Shown: positions 28,167-38,104, numbered from the stretch's first letter. The stretch is DNA of 64,000 bases from Deltaproteobacteria bacterium (GCA_016178705.1 JACOST010000028.1:4951-68950), one strand, 5' to 3'. Numbers and translations are program-made. The notes: a model not told the origin generated them from the sequence alone.

Positions 28167-29164
28167 CGCTGATCTCGATCCTGCTGCCCGCTTTGAACGC
28201 GGCCGCGACCTTGCCCGCGTGCGTGCGCAGTGTCTGGCGACAAACCGAGACGCGATGGCAATGCGTCATCGTCGACGATGGCTCGACTGACCATACGGCC
28301 GCGTATGTGCGCCAGGTCAGCGAACGCGACGCGCGCTTCACCATCGTCACGACGCCGCACCGCGGCTTGGTCGCGGCACTCAATACGGGTCTGGCGCACT
28401 GCCGCGGTCAGTTCATCGCGCGCATGGACGCGGACGATCTGATGCACCGTGATCGCTTGGCGCTGCAAGTGCGTGCGCTGAACCAGGCGCCGGCGTTGGC
28501 AGCGGTGGGCTGTCACGTGCGGCTATTTCCGCGCGCGCACTTACGCGACGGGCGCCGCGAGTATGAGCGTTGGCTGAATCACATCGATTCGCCCCGGCGG
28601 GTGCGCGAAGATGCCTTCGTTGAATGTCCGATCGCACATCCAACTTTACTGATCCGTCGCGACGTGCTGGCGGCCTTTGGGTATCGTGACGCCGGCTGGC
28701 CCGAGGACTACGATTTGGTGTTGCGCCTGCTCGTGTCCGGCCACGAAATCGGCGTGGTGCCGCGCCGCCTGCTGGCGTGGCGTGATGGTCCGGCGCGCCT
28801 GTCGCGCACGCACGCGATGTATGACTTGGCGCGTTTCGCCCCGTGCAAGGCGGCGTTTCTGGCGACGCACTTTTTGCGCGCGGCGGACACCTACGTGTTG
28901 TGGGGCTATGGCGAAACCGCGCGGGCGCTGCGACGGGCCTTGTTGGTGCACGGGAAGCGACCGGCCTATGTTGTCGAAGTGCATCGCGGCCGAGTCGGCA
29001 ACACAATTCACGGTGCGCCGGTGATCGGACCGTCGGAGTTGCCGCGCATCCCGCGGTTGCCGCTAGTCGCATCGGTGGCCGGCGAAACACCACGCCAGCA
29101 GATCCGCGCCGCCATGGCCGCGATGGGGTTCGTCGAGTTGCGCGACTTCATCTGCGCGGCCTGA
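28148..29164 (+). CDS. Family 2 glycosyltransferase
   Basis: ISILLPALNAA...VIVDDGSTD...RMDADD (DxD) motifs. Confidence 0.8.
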   Translation: MRATVPPLISILLPALNAAATLPACVRSVWRQTETRWQCVIVDDGSTDHTAAYVRQVSERDARFTIVTTPHRGLVAALNTGLAHCRGQFIARMDADDLMHRDRLALQVRALNQAPALAAVGCHVRLFPRAHLRDGRREYERWLNHIDSPRRVREDAFVECPIAHPTLLIRRDVLAAFGYRDAGWPEDYDLVLRLLVSGHEIGVVPRRLLAWRDGPARLSRTHAMYDLARFAPCKAAFLATHFLRAADTYVLWGYGETARALRRALLVHGKRPAYVVEVHRGRVGNTIHGAPVIGPSELPRIPRLPLVASVAGETPRQQIRAAMAAMGFVELRDFICAA

Positions 29165-29227
29165 TCGGGCGGCGCTCGCGTGCGCGTCGGCGCATCTGGT
29201 ATGGTCCGCGCCGATAGGAGTCTCACG

Positions 29228-30451
29228 ATGAAGCTGCCTCAGAACGGAATCTCCAGCGATGCGCTGTTCGCGACCATGCGCGAACGCAAGGCGGCAGACG
29301 CCGATTGGCGCGGTGGGCGCACGTGGAGCCTCGTCTATCCTGCCGGTGAGGATGTCGATGCGGTCCTGCGCGAGGCGAACAACCTGTACCTGTTCGAGAA
29401 CGCGCTCAATCCGTTCCGCTTTCCGAGCCTGCGCAAGATGCAGGCCGAGGTGGTCGCCATGACGGCGGATCTTCTCCACGGCGGCGACGACGCGAGCGGG
29501 ACGATGACCTCCGGCGGGACCGAGAGCATTCTGATGGCGGTGGAGACGGCGCGCGAGCGCGGCCGCGAGGAGAAGGGAATCACCAAACCGGAAATGGTCG
29601 TGCCGCACTCGGCGCACCCGGCGTTTGCCAAGGCGGCGAAGTATCTCTGCGTCGAGATGAGACAGGTGCCGTTGCGCGCGGATCTGCGCGCCGATGTCGC
29701 CGCCGCCGCGCAGTTGATCAGCGACAATACCGTGCTGCTGGTGGGATCGGCGCCGAGCTATCCGCACGGGGTCATCGATCCGATTACCGAACTGGCGGCA
29801 CTCGCCGCGGCGCGTAACATCACGTTTCATACGGACGCGTGTGTCGGCGGCTTCCTCTTGCCGTTTCTCGAACGACTCGGTCATCCGGTGCCGCCGTGGG
29901 ATTTTCGCGTGCCGGGCGTGACGACGATTTCCGCGGACGTGCACAAGTACGGCTATTGCACCAAGGGCGCATCGGTGATCGCGCATCGCTCGCAGGCGAC
30001 GATGCAATACCAGATCTTCATGTACGACGCGTGGCCAGGCGGATTGTACGGCTCGACCGCGATGGCCGGCACGCGTCCCGCCGCGCCGATCGCGGCCGCA
30101 TGGGCGGTGATGAACTATCTCGGCGAAGCCGGCTATCTGCGTCTACAGCGGATCGTGATCGAGACGGCGCAGCAACTGCGCGCGGGGATCGCCGCGATTC
30201 CGGGGTTGCACATCTGGGGCGAGCCCGACGCCAGTTTGCTGGCATTCGGCTCCGAGTCGTTTGACATCGCCGCGGTCGGTGATGCGATGGACGACAAGGG
30301 TTGGCACCTCGATCGCCAAAACAATCCCGCCGCGCTGCATCTCATGGTGACGCCGAATCACGCCAAGATCGTCGCGCAGTTTCTCACCGATCTGCGCGAT
30401 GCGGCCGCGCTCCACGGCACGTCACGCGGTGTGCAAGCGCGCTACAGCTAA
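29228..30451 (+). CDS. PLP-dependent group II decarboxylase / sphingosine-1-phosphate-lyase-like enzyme
   Basis: Fold-type I pattern with TISADVHKYGYCTKG (PLP lysine). RBS AGGAG. Confidence 0.75.
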   Translation: MKLPQNGISSDALFATMRERKAADADWRGGRTWSLVYPAGEDVDAVLREANNLYLFENALNPFRFPSLRKMQAEVVAMTADLLHGGDDASGTMTSGGTESILMAVETARERGREEKGITKPEMVVPHSAHPAFAKAAKYLCVEMRQVPLRADLRADVAAAAQLISDNTVLLVGSAPSYPHGVIDPITELAALAAARNITFHTDACVGGFLLPFLERLGHPVPPWDFRVPGVTTISADVHKYGYCTKGASVIAHRSQATMQYQIFMYDAWPGGLYGSTAMAGTRPAAPIAAAWAVMNYLGEAGYLRLQRIVIETAQQLRAGIAAIPGLHIWGEPDASLLAFGSESFDIAAVGDAMDDKGWHLDRQNNPAALHLMVTPNHAKIVAQFLTDLRDAAALHGTSRGVQARYS

Positions 30452-30647
30452 CCTTGATGTGACATGAACGGATTCACCGCAGAGCGCGCCGAGAACGCCG
30501 AGCCGTGGAGTGGGAGACGACGAAGGAGCCAACGAGTGTCCATTGCCAATGAGGTCAACGAAGATTGCTCGAATACCCTGGTGGCGGCTCTCTCTGCGAC
30601 CTTCGTCTCCTGGGCGGTGAGTGTTCTGTCGCATCAGGGTTGATCGG

Positions 30648-31184
30648 ATGAGCGCCGACGATCTGCGAATCGCACTGCGCCGCCTCGAGGATCGCGAAGC
30701 GATTCGCGAGTTGCACAACCAGTACTGTTTCATCCAGGACCGCGGCCATACGAGCCATGCCGAGGCCGACGTGCGGGCGTTCCTCGCGCTGTGCGCTCCT
30801 GATGTTGTGTGGGACAACAGCTCGGATGGCTCACGCGCGCACCGCGGGCATGCGGCGGTGGCGGCATATCTGCGGCAACTGTGGGCCCGTTTCGAAGACT
30901 GCATGCACTTCGTTCACAACCTGTCGATCACGTTCGACTCGGATGATCGCGCACGCGGCCGCTCCAGCTTCGATGCGGTCGGCGACGTCAATGGCGAGGC
31001 GTTCGTTGCCGCAGGCTATTACGAAGACGAGTACATTCGCACCGAGGCGGGCTGGCGCTTCCGATTGCATCGCGAAGTGCCGTTCTTCTTTGTGAAGACG
31101 ACGGAGAACTGGGCCGGCCCTAAGCCCCGCATCATGAAGGAATGGGCGGTTGCGGGCAGTCGAAAGTCAAAAGCAGAAAGTTGA
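30648..31184 (+). CDS. SnoaL/NTF2-like domain protein
   Basis: AIRELHNQYCFIQDRG start, typical of SnoaL_4/NTF2-like proteins. ~178 aa. Confidence 0.55.
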   Translation: MSADDLRIALRRLEDREAIRELHNQYCFIQDRGHTSHAEADVRAFLALCAPDVVWDNSSDGSRAHRGHAAVAAYLRQLWARFEDCMHFVHNLSITFDSDDRARGRSSFDAVGDVNGEAFVAAGYYEDEYIRTEAGWRFRLHREVPFFFVKTTENWAGPKPRIMKEWAVAGSRKSKAES

Positions 31185-31231
31185 AAGCCAAACGGGTCCG
31201 CATCTGGCTTTCAGTGTTTCACTTTGAACTT

Positions 31232-32488
31232 TCAGCTAGGTCTCTCCGGCGCAATCTCTTCCAACTCCCGGGCGGCAGTTTCGGGTAGCGTCAGGGCGAT
31301 GATGAGCGGCGCGATCGGCACAACGATCAACATAAGAGTGAGCGCGGCGGCGTGGCTGCCGACGACGCCGTAGAGCTGTCCTTCGACCCACAGGCCGAGC
31401 GCGGCACCGAGCGTGTAGACGACGGCGCGCACACCCGACGCGGTCGAGCGATAGGAGGTCGGGAACAGTTCGCCGCCGAGTGCCGCAAACAACACCAGCA
31501 CCATGGTCAACGTCATGACCATGAGCCCCCACGTCAACGGAACCCAGAAGCCAGCGACGTGATAGAAACCGGCGATTGCGCCGGCGTTCACCAGCGACCC
31601 CGCGATCATGATGCGCTTGCGGCCGAAGCGGTCGCCGAGTGAACCGGCCACCACGTTGCCGATCGGTGCGAGGACGCCGATGGTGAGATACATCACCGCC
31701 ACGTTGGCGGGCGAGTAGTGATGGACCTCTTGGAGAAACTTGGAGGCGAAGAGCAGACTGGTCTCGAACACGAAGGCGACCGGAAGGAGGGCCGCGCAGA
31801 GGGCGACAATGCGGCCGGGATACATGCGGACGAGATCGCGGAAGGGCTGCAGCGCCGCGTGCAGGCCGGATGCCGTCGCGCGCGTGGTCCGATGATATTC
31901 GAAGCGGGGCGTTTCGCTCAGCGTACGGCGGAACCACGCGATCAGCAGCAACGGGGCAACCCCGACCACGTAGAGCGCACGCCAGCCGAACGGGAGCAAG
32001 TTCACCACCGAAAAGATGATGGCGGCGAGTCCATGCCCGAGCGATCCGAGCGCGCCCATCATGCCGATGCCCCAGCCGCGGACGTTGGCGTCGAATTCTT
32101 CGATGATCACGACCACGGCCAACATGCCCTGACCGGCGATGAACACCCGGGCGAGAAACTGCAGCGCGGCGAACTCCGCCGCGGAGCGAACGAAGGCGGT
32201 CAGAAAGGTGCAGACGGTGAAGCCGAGAATCGTCGCCAGCAGTAGCCGGCGTCGTCCAGTGCGATCGGCGAGCACGGTGAGGAGGAGCGCCGGAATCACG
32301 CCGAGGCGGACCACCGCGATGAGTGCACCGACATCGGCTTCGGCCACGCCGAGTCCGGTTTGGATTTGCGGCAGCGCCAAGCCCAGCACCCCGAGATCGT
32401 AGTTGTCGATCAAGGCGGCGGCGCCCAACACACCGAGCACGTTCCACTGCCGGCTGGTCAACGCCGGCGGCTGTCCAAGCCACGGCAT
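31232..32488 (-). CDS. MFS transporter
   Basis: 12 predicted TM helices. DRTGRRRLL and GDRFGRKR loop motifs. Confidence 0.8.
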   Translation of the reverse strand: MPWLGQPPALTSRQWNVLGVLGAAALIDNYDLGVLGLALPQIQTGLGVAEADVGALIAVVRLGVIPALLLTVLADRTGRRRLLLATILGFTVCTFLTAFVRSAAEFAALQFLARVFIAGQGMLAVVVIIEEFDANVRGWGIGMMGALGSLGHGLAAIIFSVVNLLPFGWRALYVVGVAPLLLIAWFRRTLSETPRFEYHRTTRATASGLHAALQPFRDLVRMYPGRIVALCAALLPVAFVFETSLLFASKFLQEVHHYSPANVAVMYLTIGVLAPIGNVVAGSLGDRFGRKRIMIAGSLVNAGAIAGFYHVAGFWVPLTWGLMVMTLTMVLVLFAALGGELFPTSYRSTASGVRAVVYTLGAALGLWVEGQLYGVVGSHAAALTLMLIVVPIAPLIIALTLPETAARELEEIAPERPS

Positions 32489-32633
32489 CGCCCGCAGCCA
32501 CCACGGGCGCGCAGCCGAGCGTTCGGGGTCGGCGGTTGGTGATGGCGTTGTGATGATGGCGTGGCTCACGCGCGCGACAGTAGTCGAGGTGCGGGGCCGT
32601 TGCCAGGGGCGACGTACGATAGGCACTGGGACG

Positions 32634-32653
32634 GCGACGCATGCGTCGCCCCA
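32634..32653. repeat. Single REP-like palindromic unit
   Basis: ggcgacgcatgcgtcgcccc. Confidence 0.8.
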
Positions 32654-32735
32654 ACACTCGCGTCCACGATGCGCGGCCTTCTCTCTGAGCCCGTTCTCGG
32701 CCATAAGAGGGCAACGCTGCGACTCCGGAGATGCA

Positions 32736-33386
32736 ATGACCGACACACGCACCACGATCGACATCGACTCCATCGGCGAGGACGTTCCCCTACTCGCCGG
32801 CATTCGTACCACTCGCGCGATTCGGCGGCTCAAGCCTGATCCGGTGCCTCTCGAGTTGATCCGCAAGGTGTGCGAGGCGGGCACGTTCGCGCCTAGCGGC
32901 GGCAATCGTCAGCCGTGGATCTTCATTGCCGTGACCGAGCCGGAGCGCCGCGCATGGATCGCCGAGCGCTATCGCCGCGTGTTCCTCGCTTACATTCAGC
33001 CGGCCATCGAAGCGGCGCGCGATGCAAACTACCCGGCCGCGAAGCGGCGCAACATGGAGTCGGCGATCCATCTCGCCGAGCACTTGCACGAAGTACCCGT
33101 GCTGCTGTTCGTCGCCGGCTGGACACGGCGTGGCGCGCCGCAGACACAGGCGCTGTTTCCGGCGATTCAGAATGTTCTGCTCGCCTGCCGCGCGGTCGGG
33201 CTGGGTGCCTCGCTCACCAACGTCCACACCGCCTTCGGGAAGGAGATCGACGCGTGGCTCGACCTGCCGGAGAATTGCCCGACGTGCGCCATGCTGCCGA
33301 TCGGTTGGCCGCAGATTCCGTATCGCCGTCCATTGCGGCGATCGATCGATACGTGTCTGTTCTTCGAGCGGTTCGAGAAGCAGTGA
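32736..33386 (+). CDS. Nitroreductase family protein
   Basis: AIRRLKPDPVP...APSGGNRQPW motif. Confidence 0.8.
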   Translation: MTDTRTTIDIDSIGEDVPLLAGIRTTRAIRRLKPDPVPLELIRKVCEAGTFAPSGGNRQPWIFIAVTEPERRAWIAERYRRVFLAYIQPAIEAARDANYPAAKRRNMESAIHLAEHLHEVPVLLFVAGWTRRGAPQTQALFPAIQNVLLACRAVGLGASLTNVHTAFGKEIDAWLDLPENCPTCAMLPIGWPQIPYRRPLRRSIDTCLFFERFEKQ

Positions 33387-33408
33387 CCATCACGGTATGG
33401 AGAGTGGA

Positions 33409-34128
33409 ATGAACACGCGATGGCAAGGCTGGCGTAACGCTTCGCGGAACGCTGCAGCGACCGGCTGGATCGAACTCTCGCACCGTTTGCACGCTGATCT
33501 GGCGCGGATTCCTCTGTTCGACAAGCCGGACATTCGCCGGCGCATGAGCATGCCGCAGGATCCGTTCAATCTCACCGAGATTCACATGGCCTGTCACTTC
33601 GGCACGCATGTCGATGCGCCGATTCACTTCATTCCCGACGGTCCGGCGATGCACGAGATTGCGCCCGATCGCTTGTGCGGAACCGGCGTCGTCTGGCGGA
33701 TCGAGTGCGAGCAGTACGGCGTGATCGACGCCGACGCGTTCGAGTGCGCGCGCCCGGTCGTGCAAGCGGGCGACATCGTGCTGCTCGACACCGGCTGGGC
33801 GCAACACGTCGAGTCGGACCGTTACGGTGAGCACCCGTGCCTCAGCGTTACCGCCGCGCAGTGGCTGGTGGATCACGACGTCAAACTCCTCGGCGTCGAC
33901 GTGATGACTCCCGATCTCGCCGTCAACCGGCGACCGCCGGGCTTCGATTGGCCGGTCCATCACGTCTTGCTGAGCCAGGGCGTGTTGATTGCGGAGAATC
34001 TGATGAACCTCACGTCGTTGGTGGGCCAGCGAATCGAAGTCATGTTTCTGGCGCTCAACATCGAAGGCGCCGACGGCGCTCCGGCCCGGGTGGTCGCGCG
34101 GCGTGCGACTGCTGCGACCGCGGAGTGA
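33409..34128 (+). CDS. Cyclase family protein (kynurenine-formamidase-like)
   Basis: HFGTHVDAPIH motif. LLGVDVMTPD. Confidence 0.75.
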   Translation: MNTRWQGWRNASRNAAATGWIELSHRLHADLARIPLFDKPDIRRRMSMPQDPFNLTEIHMACHFGTHVDAPIHFIPDGPAMHEIAPDRLCGTGVVWRIECEQYGVIDADAFECARPVVQAGDIVLLDTGWAQHVESDRYGEHPCLSVTAAQWLVDHDVKLLGVDVMTPDLAVNRRPPGFDWPVHHVLLSQGVLIAENLMNLTSLVGQRIEVMFLALNIEGADGAPARVVARRATAATAE

Positions 34129-34205
34129 CAAGGGAAAGAAAATCGCACTCACAGGTCAACCAAAGGCACGGCTCGTTCGTCAGTGTAGGCAACGGAGGTA
34201 GCGAC

Positions 34206-34715
34206 ATGACGAAACGCAAGATGCTAATGATTGGCCTGGTAGCTGTTGGTATCTACGCAGCGGCCGCCGACGCGCAGCCGATCCCACCGGGGCCACCGAT
34301 GGAACACCATCATGAGGGACCCCATTGTGGGCACATGAAGGGTGGAGGTCCGGGACGGCTCATCCACTTGCTGCTGCGGTCCACTGATCTGACGGCGGAC
34401 CAAGAGACTCAAGCGCATCAGATTCTCGACGCGGGTCGCGTTGCTGTGCAGGACCTTTTCACCCAGTTGCATCAAGCCGATAACGATCTGGCGAATCTGC
34501 TACTCGGTGCGCAAGATGTGCTACCCGCTGCGTTGACGGCACAACAAGCGCTCATCACCCAGTTACAACAGCAGTTGGCACAACACGAAGCCGCCACCGT
34601 CTTGGCGATCCGCGCCATTTTGACGCCGGAACAGTTGGCCCAAGCGAGCGCCGCGTTGAGTGACATGGAGGCCCGGCACGCCGACGAATCGCGCCGCTTC
34701 GGAAATGGCGGTTGA
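34206..34715 (+). CDS. Periplasmic LTXXQ-motif protein (CpxP/Spy/ZraP family) with a His-rich segment
   Basis: Signal peptide. MEHHHEGPHCGHMKGGGPG. LTADQ / LTAQQ / LTPEQ motifs. RBS GGAGGT. Confidence 0.75.
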   Translation: MTKRKMLMIGLVAVGIYAAAADAQPIPPGPPMEHHHEGPHCGHMKGGGPGRLIHLLLRSTDLTADQETQAHQILDAGRVAVQDLFTQLHQADNDLANLLLGAQDVLPAALTAQQALITQLQQQLAQHEAATVLAIRAILTPEQLAQASAALSDMEARHADESRRFGNGG

Positions 34716-35335
34716 CCTGCACGCGTGTCGCAAGCGACGACGAGCGGCATTCAATTCCGTGTGCGGAGGACGGAACGGACGAGAGCGTGAAAGCGGCGGC
34801 AGCGAAAGATCAGTCAGACTACGACGCGCTCTTCCGGACGCACCATGCGCGCGTCGTGCGCTTGTGCCGACTCTTGCTCTCCGATCCAGACGAGGCTGAT
34901 GACGTGACGCAGGAGGTTTTTCTCAAATTGTTCCAAGCCTGCGAAAAATTGTCTCAAGCCTACGAACTGGGCGATCGTGAGATTGCCTGGGGAGCGTGGC
35001 TCACCCGGGTTGCCGTCAACGGGTGCCGGGATCGGCGACGCTCGGGCTGGTGGAAGTGGTGGCGCGAACGGCACGAGGAGTTTGCGGAAGCCAACCTACC
35101 GTCGGCGACACTCAACCCCGAGCAGCAGACGCTGAGTAACGAAGCCCGGCGCGGAATCTGGCGATGCTTCCGACAGTTGTCGGCGCGGCAGCAAGAAGTG
35201 TTCGCCTTGCGCCAATTGGAAGGCTGGTCGACCGAAGAGGTAGCGCAAACGCTCGGGCTGAGCCCAGGCAGCGTCAAGCGTCATCTCTATCGAGCGGTCC
35301 ATCACATGCGCACCGGGCTGGGAGGTTACCGATGA
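34712..35335 (+). CDS. ECF (sigma-70 family) RNA polymerase sigma factor (start uncertain)
   Basis: Region 2 DVTQEVFLKLF. Region 4 LSARQQEVFALRQLEGWSTEEVAQTLGLSPGSVKRHLYRA. Confidence 0.8.
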   Translation: MTCTRVASDDERHSIPCAEDGTDESVKAAAAKDQSDYDALFRTHHARVVRLCRLLLSDPDEADDVTQEVFLKLFQACEKLSQAYELGDREIAWGAWLTRVAVNGCRDRRRSGWWKWWRERHEEFAEANLPSATLNPEQQTLSNEARRGIWRCFRQLSARQQEVFALRQLEGWSTEEVAQTLGLSPGSVKRHLYRAVHHMRTGLGGYR

Positions 35336-35832
35336 ATCGATGCCTCGACGAGCGCGCGCTGCTGCGGATGTACACGCACGACGGTAGCGCCGCCGAACAA
35401 TCCCATTTGCGACTGTGTACGGAGTGTACTGAACACTACGACCAACTGGTTGGCGATCTTGAAACGATCGGCCACGCGCTCGCAACACCGCCACCGGCCG
35501 CCGTCAGCCGTCGCGCGTTGCCCGCTCGGATGTCTTGGGTGCCTGCCGGAATCGCGGGTGCGGCGCTCGCGGTCGTGATGCTAAATTTCGCCTGGGTTCG
35601 GCATTCATCGCCAGTACAGGTGGCGACTCGCCTTCACAACGTCTCGGCGTTCGCCGGGGACTTGTCCGATGCGCTGTTTGCGACGTCCGACGCGAGCGCC
35701 TTTGTGCCGCTAGCTGAGGAGGCTCCATATCTCGAGGCCGCGCTCAACGCCGGCCAACCCTGCACGCAGGATCAATTTTTCCGTGGCGCGTGCACTGATC
35801 AATTCTCCGCTCTCATGATTGAAGACGAGTAA
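35332..35832 (+). CDS. Anti-sigma factor with a zinc-finger (ZAS-like HxxxCxxC) N-terminus and one TM helix
   Basis: HLRLCTECTEH motif. TM VPAGIAGAALAVVMLNFAW. Its ATG overlaps the sigma factor stop. Confidence 0.7.
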   Translation: MNRCLDERALLRMYTHDGSAAEQSHLRLCTECTEHYDQLVGDLETIGHALATPPPAAVSRRALPARMSWVPAGIAGAALAVVMLNFAWVRHSSPVQVATRLHNVSAFAGDLSDALFATSDASAFVPLAEEAPYLEAALNAGQPCTQDQFFRGACTDQFSALMIEDE

Positions 35833-35860
35833 GGACGAACAAGATGGAGGAGATTGTCAC

Positions 35861-36358
35861 ATGTTGAAGTCCAAACTGCTGTTCACCGGGTTGGTGTTGG
35901 CCAGCCTGACCTCGGCTCCGCTGCACGCGCAACCGATGGGCGGACCTCCGATGGGCGGACCGCCGATGGGCCGCATGATGCACGGAGACGATCCGGCGAT
36001 GATGCTCCACATGGTCCTCAAACAGGCCAATCTCACAGCCGACCAGCAGGATCAGGTGCGGAAAATCATGGACGCCGATCATCAGAATTTGCGCGCGCTG
36101 TTTTCGAAATTGGAGGCGGCCAACCGTCAGTTGGCCGATAAGCTGTTTGGCCCGGGAACGGTCCAGCCGGCCGACTTGACGCCGCAGGTGCAGCAGATCA
36201 CCCAGCTCCGACAACAGTTGATGGAGCAAGGCGTGAAGACCGCCTTAGCCGTGCGGGCCGTGCTCAGCCCGCAACAACTGGCCAAGGTTGCGCAGACCAA
36301 AGATCAACTCGAGAAGCTGCAAACGCAGATGCGCAATATTATCGAGGGCAGCGACTAA
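35861..36358 (+). CDS. Periplasmic LTXXQ-motif protein (CpxP/Spy family) with a Met-rich segment
   Basis: Signal peptide. MGGPPMGGPPMGRMMHGDDPAMMLHM. LTADQQDQ / LTPQVQQ / LSPQQL. Confidence 0.75.
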   Translation: MLKSKLLFTGLVLASLTSAPLHAQPMGGPPMGGPPMGRMMHGDDPAMMLHMVLKQANLTADQQDQVRKIMDADHQNLRALFSKLEAANRQLADKLFGPGTVQPADLTPQVQQITQLRQQLMEQGVKTALAVRAVLSPQQLAKVAQTKDQLEKLQTQMRNIIEGSD

Positions 36359-36403
36359 GTCGACCAGAGGCGCTCGAATGGCAAAGTACAGCGGAGGTGC
36401 ACG

Positions 36404-36556
36404 ATGAAGCGAATTGCGATGCTGATAGTTCTGAGCTTAGGGCTGGCGATCCTCGGCAGGTTTTCCCCGACTGCCGCCAATTGTGGGCAAGCGATCGCTG
36501 CCGACGACGACGGCGGAGATGACGGCGACGGGGATGACGACGACTCCGGTGCCTAG
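36404..36556 (+). CDS. Unannotated 50-aa secreted peptide with a poly-acidic tail (below the ORF-track length cutoff)
   Basis: RBS GGAGGTGCACG then ATG. MKRIAMLIVLSLGLAILGRFSPTAANCGQAIAADDDGGDDGDGDDDDSGA*. Confidence 0.5.
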   Translation: MKRIAMLIVLSLGLAILGRFSPTAANCGQAIAADDDGGDDGDGDDDDSGA

Positions 36557-36723
36557 CGTCGAGGTCGGCGCTCTGGGCCACACCCCAGAACGCCTGGTCG
36601 TCTCGACCATCCCACACTTGGCTTCGGTTGTGGTGACCGCGCGCGCTTGATTTGGGCGCCGAGCTGGATTCGGGACGCGTCTCCGTCTATCTACGCGGCA
36701 CGCGCAACGAAGGGAGATGCGAC

Positions 36724-37104
36724 ATGAGTAGCGACCCCCATTTGCAGCTGGCTGAACGCCTAATGGCCGCGATCATGGCGGGCAACGTCGACGAGGTGCG
36801 CCACATCTACGCGCCGAACGCCGTGATCTGGCACAACAACGACAACCTCGAGCAATCGGTCGATGAGAATCTCGCGGTGCTCGGGTGGGTGGTGAAGCAC
36901 GTCTCGAATCTGCGCTACGAGATCATCCGGCGACAACGCATGGACAGCGGCTTCGTGCAGCAACACGTCCTGCGCGGCACCGCTCCGAACGGCAAGCCGC
37001 TCGAAGTGCCGGCGTGCTTGGTGTGCACGGTGCAGGACGGCCGCATCACGCGGCTCGACGAGTACCTCGACACCGCGCATCTCGCGCCGCTGGTACAACA
37101 GTAG
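36724..37104 (+). CDS. SnoaL-like / ketosteroid-isomerase-like (NTF2 fold) protein
   Basis: 126 aa. RLMAAIMAGNVDEVRHIYAPNAVIWHNN pattern. Confidence 0.6.
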   Translation: MSSDPHLQLAERLMAAIMAGNVDEVRHIYAPNAVIWHNNDNLEQSVDENLAVLGWVVKHVSNLRYEIIRRQRMDSGFVQQHVLRGTAPNGKPLEVPACLVCTVQDGRITRLDEYLDTAHLAPLVQQ

Positions 37105-37115
37105 GCAGTAGGCAG
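37101..37115. repeat. TAGGCAG heptamer pair incorporating the stop codon of 36724..37104
   Basis: gtaggcagtaggcag. Confidence 0.7.
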
Positions 37116-37133
37116 TTGCGAGCCAAGGGGAGA

Positions 37134-37922
37134 TTACTTGCCCGATTGCTGGCGACCTCTTGCCTGGATGCCGGCGCGGCGGGTGGCGATCTGCTCGGGG
37201 GTTAATTCGCGCGCATGCTCGGTAGACGCCTTGGTCTCGAGGCGCAGGCCCTCGCCCAAGGTAGTGGCGTAGCCCTCATCGATTACGCGTTTGTACGCGC
37301 GCATCGTCTCGGGCACACAGGAGAGAATGTCCGTTGCGAGTCGGCGACAAGTCGGCAGAAGGTCCTCTGGGTTGACGACACGATTCACCAAGCCCCACGC
37401 CTCGGCCAGCTCTGCGGAAAGATAGTTGCCGCTGAGGGACAGCTCCTTGGCGCGATAGATCCCGATCACTCGCGATAGTTTCTGACTCAATCCCCAGCCG
37501 GGCACGAGACCGACACGAGCATGGGTGTCGGCGAAGCGCGCGTTGGTCGACGCGATCAGAATGTCGCACGCGAGCGCGAGTTCGAAGCCACCGGTGATGG
37601 CGAAGCCGTTGATCGCGCCAATGATCGGCCGATTGAACGATGTTAGCGCGCGCACGACATCGGCGCCGGCGATGGCGGATTCGTTATCGCTCGGTGGCTC
37701 GCTCTCGCCGCTGAGTTCTTTGAGGTCTAACCCCGCGCAGAAGGCTTTGCCCGCGCCGGTGAGAATGACGACGCCGGTCCCCGCGTCGTTCTGGAGTTCA
37801 GCGAACGCTTGCACGATCGCCGCGCGTAAGGCGCGTGACAAGGCGTTCATCGCCTTGGGGCGGTTCAAGGTAAGCGTGGCGATGCCGTCGCTCTTTTCAA
37901 TGAGGAGAAGTGGTTCGGACAT
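37134..37922 (-). CDS. Enoyl-CoA hydratase/isomerase (crotonase family)
   Basis: LTLNRPKAMNAL...ILTGAGKAFCAGLDLKE. Confidence 0.9.
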   Translation of the reverse strand: MSEPLLLIEKSDGIATLTLNRPKAMNALSRALRAAIVQAFAELQNDAGTGVVILTGAGKAFCAGLDLKELSGESEPPSDNESAIAGADVVRALTSFNRPIIGAINGFAITGGFELALACDILIASTNARFADTHARVGLVPGWGLSQKLSRVIGIYRAKELSLSGNYLSAELAEAWGLVNRVVNPEDLLPTCRRLATDILSCVPETMRAYKRVIDEGYATTLGEGLRLETKASTEHARELTPEQIATRRAGIQARGRQQSGK

Positions 37923-38074
37923 TTGATCCCCCTTCGTGTCTTCGCTCAGTTCGTATCCAGCAACGGCGCCGTCGGTGCAAGTCCGAGGCGTCGCTTGCGG
38001 GACTTCCGCCTCCGTAGACCGTTGAATCGCGGCGTGTGTCCAAGTTGAAGGCGGGCTGCGCCGCGCGCGGATGT

Positions 38075-38104
38075 GAGAGAAAACCGACGGCGCGGTTTTC
38101 TCTC
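38075..38104. other. Perfect 12-bp-stem hairpin GAGAGAAAACCG-ACGGCG-CGGTTTTCTCTC in a ~700-bp noncoding region
   Basis: Seen in sequence. Near-identical second copy at 38524..38553. Confidence 0.5.
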
